NCBI GenBank assembly: GCA_001179505.1
Contig: CDMY01000455.1
Coordinates: 1 to 64,000, forward strand
Source of the DNA: Vitrella brassicaformis CCMP3155
Lineage: Eukaryota > Protista > Chromerida
Reading direction: 5' to 3'
DNA length: 64,000 nt
Shown here: piece after piece, positions 12,002-24,837 of the stretch
How the letters are laid out: the number at the start of each line of letters is the position of its first letter
Position numbering within the stretch: the stretch's first letter is position 1
Program-made: the position numbers and the translations under genes
Notes under the pieces: model-generated
What the model was told of the DNA's origin: nothing
Databases searched by the model: none
The model's input: the letters and a program-made list of their open reading frames with translations, nothing else

Positions 12002-12941
12002 TCAGAGTCTCTCCCCTCTGTACAGCCCATGCTCCCGTATGTACTCCAGCACACACAGCGGTGTCAGCCCTTCACACAGCCTCTCACGCCCCATTGGCCG
12101 CCCCAGCCGCGCACGCAGCGCCGTGGACGATATGTCGGTGACGAACAGATCCAGCTCGCCGGCCTTGGCGTCGTCCTCCAGACACCTGTAGGTGATGCCC
12201 GGCGGCCATCTGGGGTCGGCTGGGGTCGTCTCGGCGCCCTGACGTGGCACCACCAGGAAGCGGCACTCCTTCATCAGAAGAGGGCCGTGCTGCCTGCATG
12301 CAGAGACAGACAAGGGAGGGGGTGAAAGGGAGGGAATGTGTGTGTTCTGTGTGCGGTGTGGGTACCATTTTTGGAGTGTGGTGACGAGGTCGCTGCCGAT
12401 GATGAGCCAGAAGTCGATTGAGGGGTGCTCGCTGGCGTAGCGCTTCATCAGCTCATACGAGGGGATGAACTGCCCGTGATCCACCTCGGTAGACATCACC
12501 TGCACAGACACACAACGCCACACCGATACACACCAGCGGCATCCATCTGTGTCTGCAGGAATCTCTGGTCATTACCTTGATGGGGAAGTCGTGTGAGAAC
12601 GATGCCTCGACGGCCCTGCGGCACATCTCGAGCCGATGGCGCGCTGCCCCTGTGGTCTTCTTGTCGGGCCGGTTGCCGCAGGGCACTATCCACACCTCAT
12701 CCACACTACCGCAGTGAAGAACCTGCGCGGCCGTCTGCAACGCACACACGTATGCGGGGGCATCCATCCTTTGTGTGAATGGATGGTGGGGTGCGAACCA
12801 TAATGTGGCCGACGGTGATTGGATCAAAGCTGCCGCCGAAGACTCCTACCCTGCAAACACACACACAGGGCGCCGCTGTGTGCACAGCTCAACTATCAAC
12901 GGCAAGAGATCTTTGTACCTTTTCTTGCTGTTCGCATTCAT
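12002..12941 (-). CDS. NMNAT: Nicotinate/nicotinamide mononucleotide adenylyltransferase, bacterial NadD-type
   Basis: MNANSKKR-VGVFGGSFDPITVGHIM, VDEVWIVPCGNRPDK, FWLIIGSDLVTTLQKW, DISSTALRARL, GLTPLCVLEYIREHGLY. Confidence 0.93.
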
Positions 12942-13235
12942 CACGGGAACGCACACGCGTCGCAGCGCCAGATCTCTTCCTAGCACCCCAACTCTCTCGC
13001 TCTCGTGGGGTTTTCCTACTCAGCCAGACCTCGCGACTCACGGATCCATGAAATTGACATCAGCTACAGCCTCCTGGCCTCCTGTGCTTTCACAGAAGGT
13101 GCATCTCAGCCCTCATTGTCGCTGTTTTCCCCACGCTCTGGCGATCGGTCTGCGAGCTTAGCCGACGGACAAAGAAAGAAGGTAGAAGGGCAGTTCCTGC
13201 TTGCTGCGTTCGTCTCTCAAGGGTTCGATCGAGGT

Positions 13236-15528
13236 ATGGCTGCCAACGAGGGACCAGAGGTGAACGTGGAGGCCAATGTGACGGATGAGAAAGATGAGGG
13301 CAAGAGGGCTGCGGATGCGCCGGCCGAGGACGAGCCAGCCGACAAGAAGGCCAAGCTCGATGACGGCACGGCAGCGCCCAAGGTATCGGTCAACATGGGG
13401 GAGGTGCGGCGACAGGTCGAGTACTACCTCTCCGACCAAAACCTGCGCCAGGACAAGTTCTTCCACGAGAAGATCTCCTCAGCCAACGACGTGAGTGCGG
13501 ATGAGAGAAGGCACCGAAGCCATACACCCATCCTCATGCATTCAGACATACCAAATGCTCCCGGAGTTTGTTCGTGTGTGTTGTTGGTTCCTGTCAGGGA
13601 TGGCTTGACATGAAGTTGATCTTGGAGTGTCCGCGCATGAAGCTGCTCAAGGCGACGAAGGAGAACGTGCTGGAGGCTCTCAAAGGCTCGCATCTCGAGA
13701 TCAAAGACAACGAAAGTGAGGGAGGGAGGGAGTCATGACGGTGTGTGTCCTTTCTCACTTGTGAGCTGTGCGCTCACTGCCTCCCTCTCTGTTGGTTACT
13801 TTGGTTCTCTCAGCTGGCTGTGCCGTTCGACGGCTGACTCCGCTGCCCACCTTGGTGCCTCGCTCTGAGAGGAAGCAGAAGAACGAGCCAGGCAACGTCA
13901 GATACTCGGCACATCTCGGCGGGTGGGTGACCATCGATGGGAAGGATGCACACACATACATGCGACGGAATTTATACCTGTGTGTGTGTGTGTGCGCTGG
14001 TGTGTGCGGATCAGTGTGGTCTTGTCGATCAAGGACATCCCGGAGGAGGTGTCGTGGAACGCCGTGCGGGACAGACTCGGGGACCGCGTCAAACCACAAG
14101 GCGTAAGTGAAGACCAGGCAGCCACGCGCCATTTGCCCTTGTGTCCATCGCTGTCTGTCTACACATCTATCTATGTGTGTAAATGCATCAAACGATCCAT
14201 CCATCAGGGCAAGGTAGAGTTCGCGACTCAGGTCAAGACTGAGAACTCCGAGAGCGTGCTGCTGTGCTCGCCATTCGACGGAGATGTCGACTTCCTGGAT
14301 GGGGTAAGCCTTCGTGGGAGGGAGGAAGGGAGAGAAAGGCTTCGACTGTCGACCGATGGGTGTGCCTCGTGTGTGTCGTCCCTCCTACGACTATCAGTTG
14401 AAGATTGACCTGGCCGGCCGTGAGTGTGAGGCCAAGGTGCTCTACGGCGATGCGCTCAAGAAGGGCATCAAGGTGTGTAGCTCAGCCGAGCAACTGTCAC
14501 TGATAAATGTCCTCATATCAGCAGCATGCCTGTGTGTGTTTGTGTTGGTATGACTGACTGTGGTGGGTGCAGGACATTCCGCCGCACTTGATCAAAAAGC
14601 GCGAGAAGGCCGCTATGAAGCGGCGACAGGCACAGGTACTCTTTCATGCAGCGCTCGTGCTGCCGCGCCGTTCATTGTGCTCTCATTATGCCGCTGGATT
14701 GGATGGTGCTGCTTTGTGCATGTGTGTGTGCCTAGGGTCAGGGCAAGGGCGGCGGGCAGATATCGCTCGCCGGCCAGTCCTTCGGCAGCGTCAACAAACT
14801 CAGAAACCGGCTCAAGGTGAGGGAGCGTCAACACACGCAGCGCGACACACTCCGTGGATCACATTCCATTCCTGTTGGTCGCACAACACACAGGGCGTGA
14901 TTGCATCCCACCCCGACAACAAGCCGATGAACAAGGACAGCAGCGACTACAAACTGGTAAGCACCACACACGCACACACACACACACACACTCTCACACA
15001 TCGACGCCTGCCCGCCCGTGGTGGTGGTCGGTGTGCAGGTGGTTGCTCTGCTGGACTACCACCCACGAGCCGATGAGAAGAAGAAGGGTCAGCCAAGCCA
15101 GCGGCAACCGTCCGTCCAGCCGATGCTGCCACTCTCACTTAATTGCCTCTGCGTGTGTGCAGAAATGACGGGCATCAAGGTGGACGTCAAGGACTTCGAC
15201 GGCCAGAAGTCTCGATGCTTCCACGTCATCAGAACCGACGGCACCTCTGAGGTCGGCTATCAATACGGCACGGACACACGCGTGTTTCTTGTCTGGATGC
15301 GTGTGTCCGTGTGTGCAGGATTTCAGCTACACCAAGTGCATGAGTGAGTACGAGAGGCGGTTGAAGGAGGACACGCCAGCCGCTGCAGCTGCAGCTGCCG
15401 CCTTACCTGCAGACGCCAAGCCAGGCGACACCAACGCCAACAACCCTGCCGCTGCCAATGCAGATGCAGAGGAGGAGGGCGAGAATGGCAAGAACGGCCA
15501 AGACGACAACGGCAGGGGGGCTGACTGA
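13236..15528 (+). CDS. La-motif RNA-binding protein with an RRM-like middle region and a C-terminal DUF3223 domain
   Basis: La motif: VRRQVEYYLSDQNLRQDKFFHEKISSAND-GWLDMKLILECPRMK. DUF3223 signature: LLDYHPRADEK..GIKVDV..SRCFHVIRTDGTSEDFSYTKC. Confidence 0.85.
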
Positions 15529-16301
15529 CGATGAATACAATGCTTGAGCCTGACTGACGGAAGTTAACGAGCCTGACGTGGGAGGATGGTCAGTCAGGTG
15601 TTTCTTTCCTTTCGGTTTTTGGGAGTTTCAAGCGACTGGCTGAAGTTGTGATGTGTTGTGTAAGTGTGTGAGAGTGTCGTCGTGCCAGTGGTGCATCGTG
15701 GGTGGATGAGAAGCCGTGTAGGCTTCACTTCACTGGGGTGGTGTCTGGATGTTGGTGCCTGCCTGTGTGAATGCAATGCGTTTCCTGACCGACCGACCTG
15801 TCGAGCGCTGAGTATGCAATGAGAATGAGGCTCCTGGAGACTCGGCAGGAAGATGAGAGAAAGCCACAGACACGATGCGATGCATTCACTCTGGTGTAAT
15901 CGTCCGTCATTGTCATTGTCGTGGAAGGAAGGGGGCACATCTACTCTACATGGGGGGAGAGTAGGCAGGCCAGGTGATGGCGACATCTATCCATCTATCA
16001 GCTACAGTAGGTGCAGGCCAGGCCGGCAGGGCAAGGCTGAGCTACACAGTCAGTCACGACATACACACATATCCGGTCCATCCATCCATCCATCCATCGT
16101 CGGTCGGTAAGGTAAAAACACACGCCTCTGGCTCACGGCACTCAGTCGACTCACCCAAATCTGCTACATCTAGCTGAGCTGGACGGACCCTCCTCAGTCG
16201 TCCCAGTCAGGTCTGATCTCGACCGCTAGCTACCAAGAGGTACCGATGGCCGCCCCATCGTTCCCCCGCCCTCCCTCGTCGCCACAGCTAAGCTACGTAC
16301 G

Positions 16302-18629
16302 TCACGCCACCGTCATGTTGTTGAGGACCTCCAGGTCATCAGCCGTCCCGTGCTTGAGCGTCAGCTTGATGCCGAATCTGTTCAAGCACAGCAGCAGAAA
16401 AGAATAATGCACGAATGGATGGATGGAAGGTGTGGCGGCTTCATCAGCCCCACCGCTGCGTCTCGATCCGAACGGCGCGGAATATGACCTCGCAGATGCC
16501 CATGCGGCGGTCCGCCGCCCCACCCATGGCAAAGGGGCGCAGCTGTGGCTGCCCCGGCCCCCCCACCACATGCACGTTGCCGTCCTGGATGATGCTGCGA
16601 GTGGCGGCCCTCACGTACTGCTCCACGGCCTGGTTGATGCGAGTGCTGAGTGGGGCCTCGCCGATGGGGATGGAGGGGGCTGGGGTGAGGTAGGCGGCGA
16701 TGGTTGTCTGGATCTCGGAGGGCAGCGTGATGTGTGTGGTCTCGCTGATGGGGATGGGTCGGGTGAGCGATGCCGTGATGGAACGGCTGGGCCGCAGGGC
16801 GGTGTTGATGGCACGGATGGACCGTCGAGGCATGGTGCGGTTGAGGTAGGTGCCGTAGACGTGGAGGATCCATTTGGCGGGGTAGTGGTCCTCCTCGTCG
16901 TCGCTATCGTAATCGTAATCGGAATCGTAATCGGAATCGCAATCGTAATCGTCGCATCGACGGCGTCTTCTGGGCTGCCGCTTCTCCTCGGCCAGTGCGA
17001 TTGCCCTCTCTGGTGTGACGCCGGCGGCCGTCACCGAGGCACCGTGCGACAGCAATTCGACCAGGTGCGACACGTCCTTGTCCTTCTTGTCGACGGGGCG
17101 CCACGTGACCTCACTCGCCAACACCGCCAGGTGGTACAGCAGCGTGCGGCCATCGTTGCGGGGCGTGTTGATGTGCTCTGCCGCACCATATCGATACAGC
17201 CCCTCGATGGTCGCCTTGCGGCGCGCACCCGTGAGGTTGAGCGACGCGTGCCAGAGTGGTCGCATGCCCTCCCCGTCTGGCGTGTTGACGACGGCACGCC
17301 CGCACACCTTGACGAAGTATTCGATGAGCCACTTCTGGGACTTGGCCGTGGCCAGGGGATCCTGGCAGTATCGGTGGATTGGCTGCATGCCGTCCCGGTC
17401 CACTTCGGTGAGGACCGACGGGGCGACCTCGCCGATCTTCTTGACGAGACGCAGATGGTCATCCGGAGACAGACCCTTCTCATCCTCTTCTCGCTCCTGT
17501 AGCTGGGACAGCAGCGACGTGCCCGCCACATGCGCGCTGCAGCTGTATTGCGGCTGGAGCAGGATCTCCAGGAGCGGCCAGCGCCCTACCCTGACTGCGA
17601 AAGGGATGGCCTCGGCGGCACCTCCCATGTCGATGGGAGCTCCTGCCTCGAGCAGCACCCGCAGGACCTTGCCGGCCGCCGAACCGGTGTGGTATACCAC
17701 CAGCCCGATCAGGCTGAGGTGGCGTTCATGCGCCTTTACACCCTTATTGAGGTCGGCACCCCGGTCGATCAGCCGCTGCGCCCCGGCCTCGTCGATGGTG
17801 CCGCATGCGATGCCGATGGCCAGCTGCTTGGTCAGATGGCACGCGCCGCCGTCGAAGTCCACTGATGTGGGTGGATGGCACGGCCATCCACCCACCTCGT
17901 GTGTGTGGATGACGGCTGTATCGTGGAGCCAGGCAGGGAGGGCGTCTGGGTCTGGCAGGACGGTGAAGGCGGGCGGAGGCTGGTTGCTGCCGAAGAACAA
18001 CGACGGAGTGAAGGCACGCTCAAACTCCTGCATCCAAGCGAAACCGGACACACACATAAATGAAACCAACCGCAGAGACCCCCTGTGCGCGTTGATTGCT
18101 AATCTGCTCCGATGGCGTCACGGCGGCCCAGTTGCGACACCAGTTGATCTCAGTGGACGTGTCGAAAACGATGAGTAGGGCGGCCGAGTGGCGGCTCGGT
18201 ACGGCGCGCTTCACGCGCATTCGCTTGACGGTCAGGCCATTGGAGTCCGTCACCACGTACTGGTAAGGGTGACGGCCCGGGGGAATGGGCACACAGACCC
18301 TCCAGCCGTCGCATGTGGGGGAGGGAGGCGCCATGCGATGAGTCTTGCCACCAACCACCAACCACCAACGAAACTGACATGACAGCCGCAAACAAGTCGC
18401 ACCCTGAGCGGACCACTCGATCACTTGATGCAGATCAGATCTCCCTCCCGCCGCCTTTGATACCTGATTCGCCATCCTTGAGATCCTCGGCTGCCAATGT
18501 GAAGACTACAGGGACGGGTTGTGTCTGGGTGCGCCTGCCTTCGTCGGGGTGCTCGAGGCGGTGCATGACATCGGCCGGCAACATCTTCCACTTCTGCTCG
18601 TCCGTCATGCGAGTGTCGTTGGATTTCAT
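16302..18629 (-). CDS. Ankyrin-repeat-like protein with a putative N-terminal CBM48/AMPK-beta-type glycogen-binding domain
   Basis: The large exon (16444-18030) has ankyrin-like units (LIDRGADLN, LLEAGAPID, DGMQPIH, EGMRPLWHA, DGRTLLYHLA). Upstream sequence reads PVVFT..GW..THRM..GWRVCVPIPPGRHPYQYVV. The 5' exon structure is uncertain. Confidence 0.6.
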
Positions 18630-18689
18630 GGACTGAGGGTAGACGGATAGCTTTCGGCTTCCGGCTGCGAGCTTAGATGAGTGGAGAAG

Positions 18690-21600
18690 ATGAGTGTGCA
18701 TTCGGATCTGTCATGGGTGACTTCGTTCGTCGGCCAGCCGCTGGTGTCGCTGGAGGATTATCTCGAAGGCATCTATCGATTGAAGCGACAACACGCCAGC
18801 AAGAGAAGCATCACAATCAGAGATGACCTGCCGCAGGGCGGGGCGGTACGGGAGGGGGACGCTGAGAGCTACGTGACACTCATGCGGAGGTCGGTCGTCT
18901 TCGAAGATGCCCACTTTGAGTCGCCATATCGACGCGAACTCACCAAAGTCAGGTGAGTGGCTAAGGTGCCACACACCTGCATGCCCACACGCACACACAC
19001 GCACTGCAAAGGCGCATAGGCGACAGTGCATTCTTCTGTTCTGCCTGTCGCTGTCAGTTTGGCCGTGTCATCAACACAGAATGAGGTGTACAAACGTGCC
19101 GTGCTGACCGTCCTGCAGAGCCAGCGCAACCGCAGCCCCTCCCCTCCCTCCATGGCGAGCAGCACCAGCAGCTCCCCTCCCCCGCCCCCAATGCCCGAGC
19201 GACACTCCCTGGCGCTGCCCTACCGACTGCATCGCTCCAATCCCCGGCAGCTGGAGTGCAAGACGCCCACTACCATGGCCACCTGGATGACCTCGGGGGC
19301 ATGGAAGACGTTGCTGAGCCGGTGTGGTGACAGCGTGATGCTGCACCTCCTCATCAACTGTGTGGTGTTCTGTGAGGTGCCGCCCAGAGGGGAGGAGGAC
19401 AACACTAAGAGGGCACCGATCTTCCTGCAGTGTACAGGTAACTGAGAGGAAATGGTCCCTCAACATCTTATAAGTCATGTGTGTCTGTGGGCCGCTCGTC
19501 AGGTCGTCTCCTGACCGATGCTGTCATCGCAGATCTGCGGCGGTCCCGCTTCCCATTCTCACTTGCCACACCCTCCCGACCGGCACTTCCCCCTGGTCCC
19601 CCCGCAGCAGCAGCAGCAGCAGCAGCCAGCCTGCCGGCAAAGCGAAAGCACGAGCCCACCAAAGACGAGTCGCCAGCCACCAAGCGCGTCAAGCGAGAAG
19701 AGCGCACCACAACTACCGCCCCCCTCGCCGCAGCTCAGGTGGCGCAATCGAGCGGCCGTGCAGAGGCGAGAAGGAAGCAGCGGAGAAGGAGCAGAGGAGG
19801 GAGGTACAAGAGCAAGAACAGGCGGGAGGGAGGGGGTGGGGACGGGCCATCACGTCCTGGTCGGCCTATGGACATCTTTGTACCCCGCCATCGCATTTTC
19901 TTTGCCAAGTCGTTTTCACTGCGGCCCGGGTTGCCGAGAGACAGCCCCCTTGAGAAACACAACAAGACAGGTAGGTCAGAGGGGAGGCTGACAGACACAG
20001 AGGAGATGCATGGACGCGACGAACAATCGTACCCTGTATGTGTGTCTTCTCTGCAGAGGAGGGAGCCAAGCTGCTGACCAAGTATGTGTGCTTCGGTGGT
20101 GAGCTTTTCCAGCGCCCTGCTGATGCACCGCCACACCCGCCGATGGCCACCAAGGCCACACGCATCCAGTGCAAAATCGCCAGGTGATACGAAGAAAAGA
20201 CACACACACCACGCGCACACTCTCATTCCTAATGCATTGCATGCACTCCGTTTCTGTGGCACAGGCGCCTGGGTGTGTCAGTGGGGGAGATCCTGTCTAA
20301 CTACCACGCCAACAAGCACCTCTTCCCCTCCCTCCTGCGCCGCACCTGCCCCGCCACACACGCATTCCGAGCCATCAAAGGCCTCCCACCCACTGCCGCC
20401 GACAGGAGGCACCAGCAGCCACACGACGAAGATGATGAAATGAGCGGCGCCAGGACGGTCAAGGCCGACAGCTGCACGCCCACTGAGCCGGCATCGCCCG
20501 GGGAGCCGATGGGGGATGGTGGTGACATGGCGATGGATGGCGATGACGGTGGTGGTGCTGATGATGTGGACGAGCGTGTGCGGCGAAGGTTCCCCGTGCT
20601 GAGCTGCGAGGTCAAACCATCTCAGGTCGTGAGATTCGTCATGACCGCTTTTAGGTGAGAGTGAGTCAGAATCAAGATGCGACTTCCATCCATCCATCCC
20701 CATGGTCAGGTTAGTGTTCCCGTCGTCTCTGTGGGGCGGTGTCCACAACACGCGCGTCATTCTGAGGCGGGTGCGGCAGTTCGTAACGCTCAACCGGCAG
20801 GAGTCCTTCAACCTGCCCACACTGCTGCACCGACTGGAACTCAAGCCCATCGCTCTCCGCCACGGCATCGCAAAGTGCAGCAAGGACCAGCTGAAACTGC
20901 TGCAGGACTACTACGGCCGCCTCGTCTACTTCGCACTGACGCACTTTGTGGTGCCCGTGCTCAGGTGAGGATTGGAGCAGTCGGAAAGAGGCAAGAGGAC
21001 GGCTGCGATGGGTGTGTCGGGTGTGTGGTGTAGGGCTCACTTCTTCATTACCCCGGCCGAGCCGTCTGGTCAGCGGGTGCGCTTCTTTCGCAAGGCGGTG
21101 TGGCACCGCCTCCATCGCCACGCCGACGCGGCACTTAGGTGGGCGACACACGGCGCTGTGAGGCAGCAGACACGCACATCTGACCCCATATCTGCGGTAC
21201 AGGAAGGTGAATTTGGAGCCGATCTATTCGTCGTCGGCCTCGCCGAGGTCAAAGCTCAAGAAGGGATACAGGTGGCGAGATTCGTGGAGGAGGGGTTTGG
21301 CATGGCAGCCAGTCATTTATCGGTGCGTCGATCTATTGTGCGCAGGTTCCCCTCCGTGCGTTGGCTGCCGAAGCTCAAGGGCATGAGGCCCGTCGTCAAC
21401 CTGTCCAAGGTTAACACAACACACGAACACTGAGCAACAGAACACACACATACACGTGTCCCATGCTGCATTAGGGCGGCACCATCCCCGCACCGCCGAC
21501 AGTGAGCGGCCCCTCTCCACCCAGGGCCCTCCCGTCGCCACCCACCCCCCCCTCTAATGCCCTCCCCTCCCCCACATCACTCGCCATCGTCCCCCGCCCA

Positions 21601-24264
21601 GCACAACCACCACCGTTAGCATCACTGGCCGTCCCCTCACGCGCACTCTACGTGGCCGACCACATGCCAGCCCGAAGACCCCAGACCGGCTCTCTGCTGC
21701 CGGTCGTGCCCAGCAGCTTTGCCCCCATGGCGAGACTGTCGGTCAACTACCACCTGCGGACGGTGCAGGCTGCCGTGCGATGGGTGGCGCAGGAGTGTGC
21801 GGACACACTGGGGCGCTCCGTGCTGGGCTACGGGGCGTTCGCCGCTGCGTTGCGTGAGTGGTGGGGCGAGGTGTGCAGAAGGGCTGGGGGCGGGAGTGGG
21901 AGTGGGGGTGACTTGCCGAAGCTCGATGTGGTTGTGGGGGACTTGACATCATGCTATGAATCCATCTCACAACAGGTGCACAGAGGAAAAGATCGGAAAC
22001 GGTCCACTTCTCATGTGTCTGTTCGTTGATGTGGGGTGTGTGTGTGTGTGCAGGAGTTGGTTGAGGCTGTTGATTCGCTTCCATTGCCCGATCAGCTGGC
22101 TGTCGTCAAGTAAGATCAGCAGACTCACAGACTCACACACATGCAGGGAGGCACCGTCTCCTTGTCGCCCTAGAGTGTTGAAGCGGAGTTTCTCCCCTCC
22201 TGCTCGATTCGTCACGCGGACGCTGACAGTCGTGCTGCCCATGGACAGGTCAGCACGGACAAAGACCACTCAGACAACACAATGTCTCTGTTGCCGCCTT
22301 GTGTGTGGTGCTGATGGCCTAGGTTTCCCGACCTCCGCTCAGCCCTCCGCGATCCATCCCATGGGGCCCATTCCGTCCGGTCAGCGATTCTCTCCCGCTC
22401 TGAGTCCCACGGCGGCATCCTGCTGTCGGACCCCTGCAAGGTGACCATCCTCACCAAGACGGACCTGCTGGCCACCATCAAGCACCACATAACGCACCAC
22501 GCCGTCAAGCTCCAGACCACCCCACTGATGGACTCACGGGGCGGGAGGGGCGGCCGCGGCAGGAACGACGAGAGGCTGCTGGGTTTCCGCCAGCACACGG
22601 GCATCCCCCAGGGCGGCACTCTGTCCCCGCTGCTGTGCGCCATCCACTACGGCCGCAAGGACCGGTCAGTCGACCTCAAGGCACTGTTGAACCTCTTCAA
22701 GGCGCCTGCCCCAGACAACGCAGCCAGCAGCAGCCCCGCCAACGACCCCATCGCAGCCCTCCCAGCACTGCCCGCCCCACCGGCAGACAACGACGATGTC
22801 GCCATGGCTCCTGCTATCCCCCCATTCATGCCTTCGTTCCTCATCCGGTGGGTGGATGATTTCCTCTTCCTCTGCCCACCGGACCGCGGCCTCGCAGACG
22901 GTTTCCTGAGCCTCCTGCTAGAGAGGGAGGTGTGGGGCGGCCCGGTCAACAGACACAAGTGTCGGGCCAACTTCAACACCGCCCTGCTTGATGGCGGCCA
23001 CGGTGAGGGTGAGGCCGAGGGCGAGCCAGACGACGGGAGGATCGACTGGGCAGGGCTGGCTTTGGAGCCGGGGACGGGGGAAGGGGCGCGGGAGGGCAGT
23101 AAGGCGCCCAAGGTCAATGCCCTGTTCAGCGGATGGAAGTTCCCTGGTATGTGTCTAGTCACGCAAGCCCTACCCCGATGCGATTCTGCATGTGTGTGTT
23201 TGTTGTTCGTTGCTGGATGCAGGGTCGTGCAGCATATCGGACAGCCTCAACATCATGACACCAGGCTACTCGTCGTTCCTGGAGGGAGCACTGGACAGAC
23301 CAAAGGGCACCGCCATGCAGGTGGGTAGTAAGTAGATGTCAACAGCAGCTGTTGACAGACACCCAGCCAGACAAAGACGGTCCTTGTTTTCATTGCTCTG
23401 TGCAGACGATGATAGAGGATCGTGTGCGTGGGTTCATGCGTATCAAGCTCTCACACGCAATGCTGCTCGACCGAAAGCTCAACGACTGGCAAACGGTCAG
23501 GCGACGAGAAATACGGCTGTCCGTCTGTCCGCCTGAGTGGGAGTGTCTGCCTGTCTGTCTGTCTTTCTGTCTGCAGATATGCCGCAACGTGTATTTCGTG
23601 ATGCGCGTGACCTTCATGAAGCTGGTGGCGGCTTCCCACCGCCACCGGCGCATCTTCGGCGGCTTCTGGAACGCATCCTACCTCAACAGTAAGTGACGTG
23701 AGCACCAATATAGCGCCGCCCTGTGTGCTGACACACTCACTTGTCACGTGTTCTGACTTCTGCCTTCGTGCAGACCTCATCGACCGGCTGATAGCCCAGT
23801 CCAACCAGTTCTATCGCCGCGCCAACCCCACGGCCACCAACCGCTCCATCGTCGGCTCACTCAACACCCTCGCCTCCATCTGCGAGTTGGCCTTCGCCGA
23901 CGTGTGTGTGAGCAGGGCCGACTGGGCCGCACTCGTGAAGACGCGACGCAGACCCAAGGGCGGCCCGAAGAAGAAACGGACAAAGAGGCCGAAGGCGGCG
24001 GGCAAAGACAACAAGGATGGCAGCGGCAGCAGCGGGCTGTCGTCAAGTGCCACAGAGAGGGCCGCGGAGCACTTGCGGCAGCATGTGGGTGGGGTGGACC
24101 GTGGGAAGATCAGAAGGGAGTGGCGCGAGATGCAGTGGGAGACGGTGAGGGGCGTCAAGAGACCCAGGCAAGGGGCGAGAGAGGGTGAGGGAGATGGGGA
24201 CGTCAGCACCGAGGTGGACGCTAGGAGGTTTGGGGTGCCGCTCATGCACAGGACGGCGAAGTAG
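18690..24264 (+). CDS. TERT: Telomerase reverse transcriptase
   Basis: All domains appear in order across many exons: TEN (WKTLLSRCGDSVMLHLLINCVVF..FLQCTG), CP/QFP, T motif (LRAHFFITPAEPSGQRVRFFRKAVW), motifs 1/2 (VRWLPKLKGMRPVVNL), A (VVGDLTSCYESI), B' (GIPQGGTLSPLLC), C (LIRWVDDFLFL), D (NRHKC), E (WAGL) and the C-terminal extension. Confidence 0.95.
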
Positions 24265-24837
24265 TAGACAGACAGTGCAGGCGGACTGACTGTAGGACGG
24301 ACCGTGACACAAAGCGTATCAATGAATGTCGATTCCTGGCTGGCATGGATGTGACAGACTTTTGCTGATGATGACATACGTGCGTGTGCAGGCATCGCAT
24401 CAGCCCCCCACCTGTGCGGTATGTATGTATTTGGTTGAGGGAGGGAGTCACCCATACGTCTGTTCCATTGATTCATCGTGCGGTGTATCTCAGACATGGT
24501 GTGTCTCAATTATCGGTCTGTCTGTCCCCTGTTTGTGTCTGTGTATCTGTCCCATCACTCACTCACAGCCCTTTGCTCCCTCCCTCCCTCCATCCCTCCC
24601 TCCCCATCTACCTCGCCCATGGATGAATCGACACGACACGTCAACGTATGCATACAATGCAACACCGACCAGCAGCCAGGCACCCTCTTCAGACAGATAG
24701 CCGTAATGTACACGACAGACAATCAGACCCACACATGAGTCAGTCAGTCAGTCAGTGAGTCACAGCCAGATTCATTCAGCACGCATGGATGCCCTCCCTC
24801 CGGCACTATCATCTGTGATTCAGCGGATGGGGTCAGG

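Noticed and set aside
15530-16300. Telomerase RNA gene between La and TERT
   Set aside because: I found no CUAAACCCU/AACCCUAA-like template on either strand. The region looks like two convergent 3' UTRs.
17015-18178. Long plus-strand ORFs (16423-17502, 17015-18178)
   Set aside because: They are antisense shadows of the GC-rich ankyrin exon on the minus strand.
21330-23150. Reverse transcriptase motifs as a retrotransposon or Penelope-like element
   Set aside because: The TEN, CP, QFP and T motifs, the C-terminal extension and the many spliceosomal introns identify TERT. There is no endonuclease, integrase or terminal repeat.
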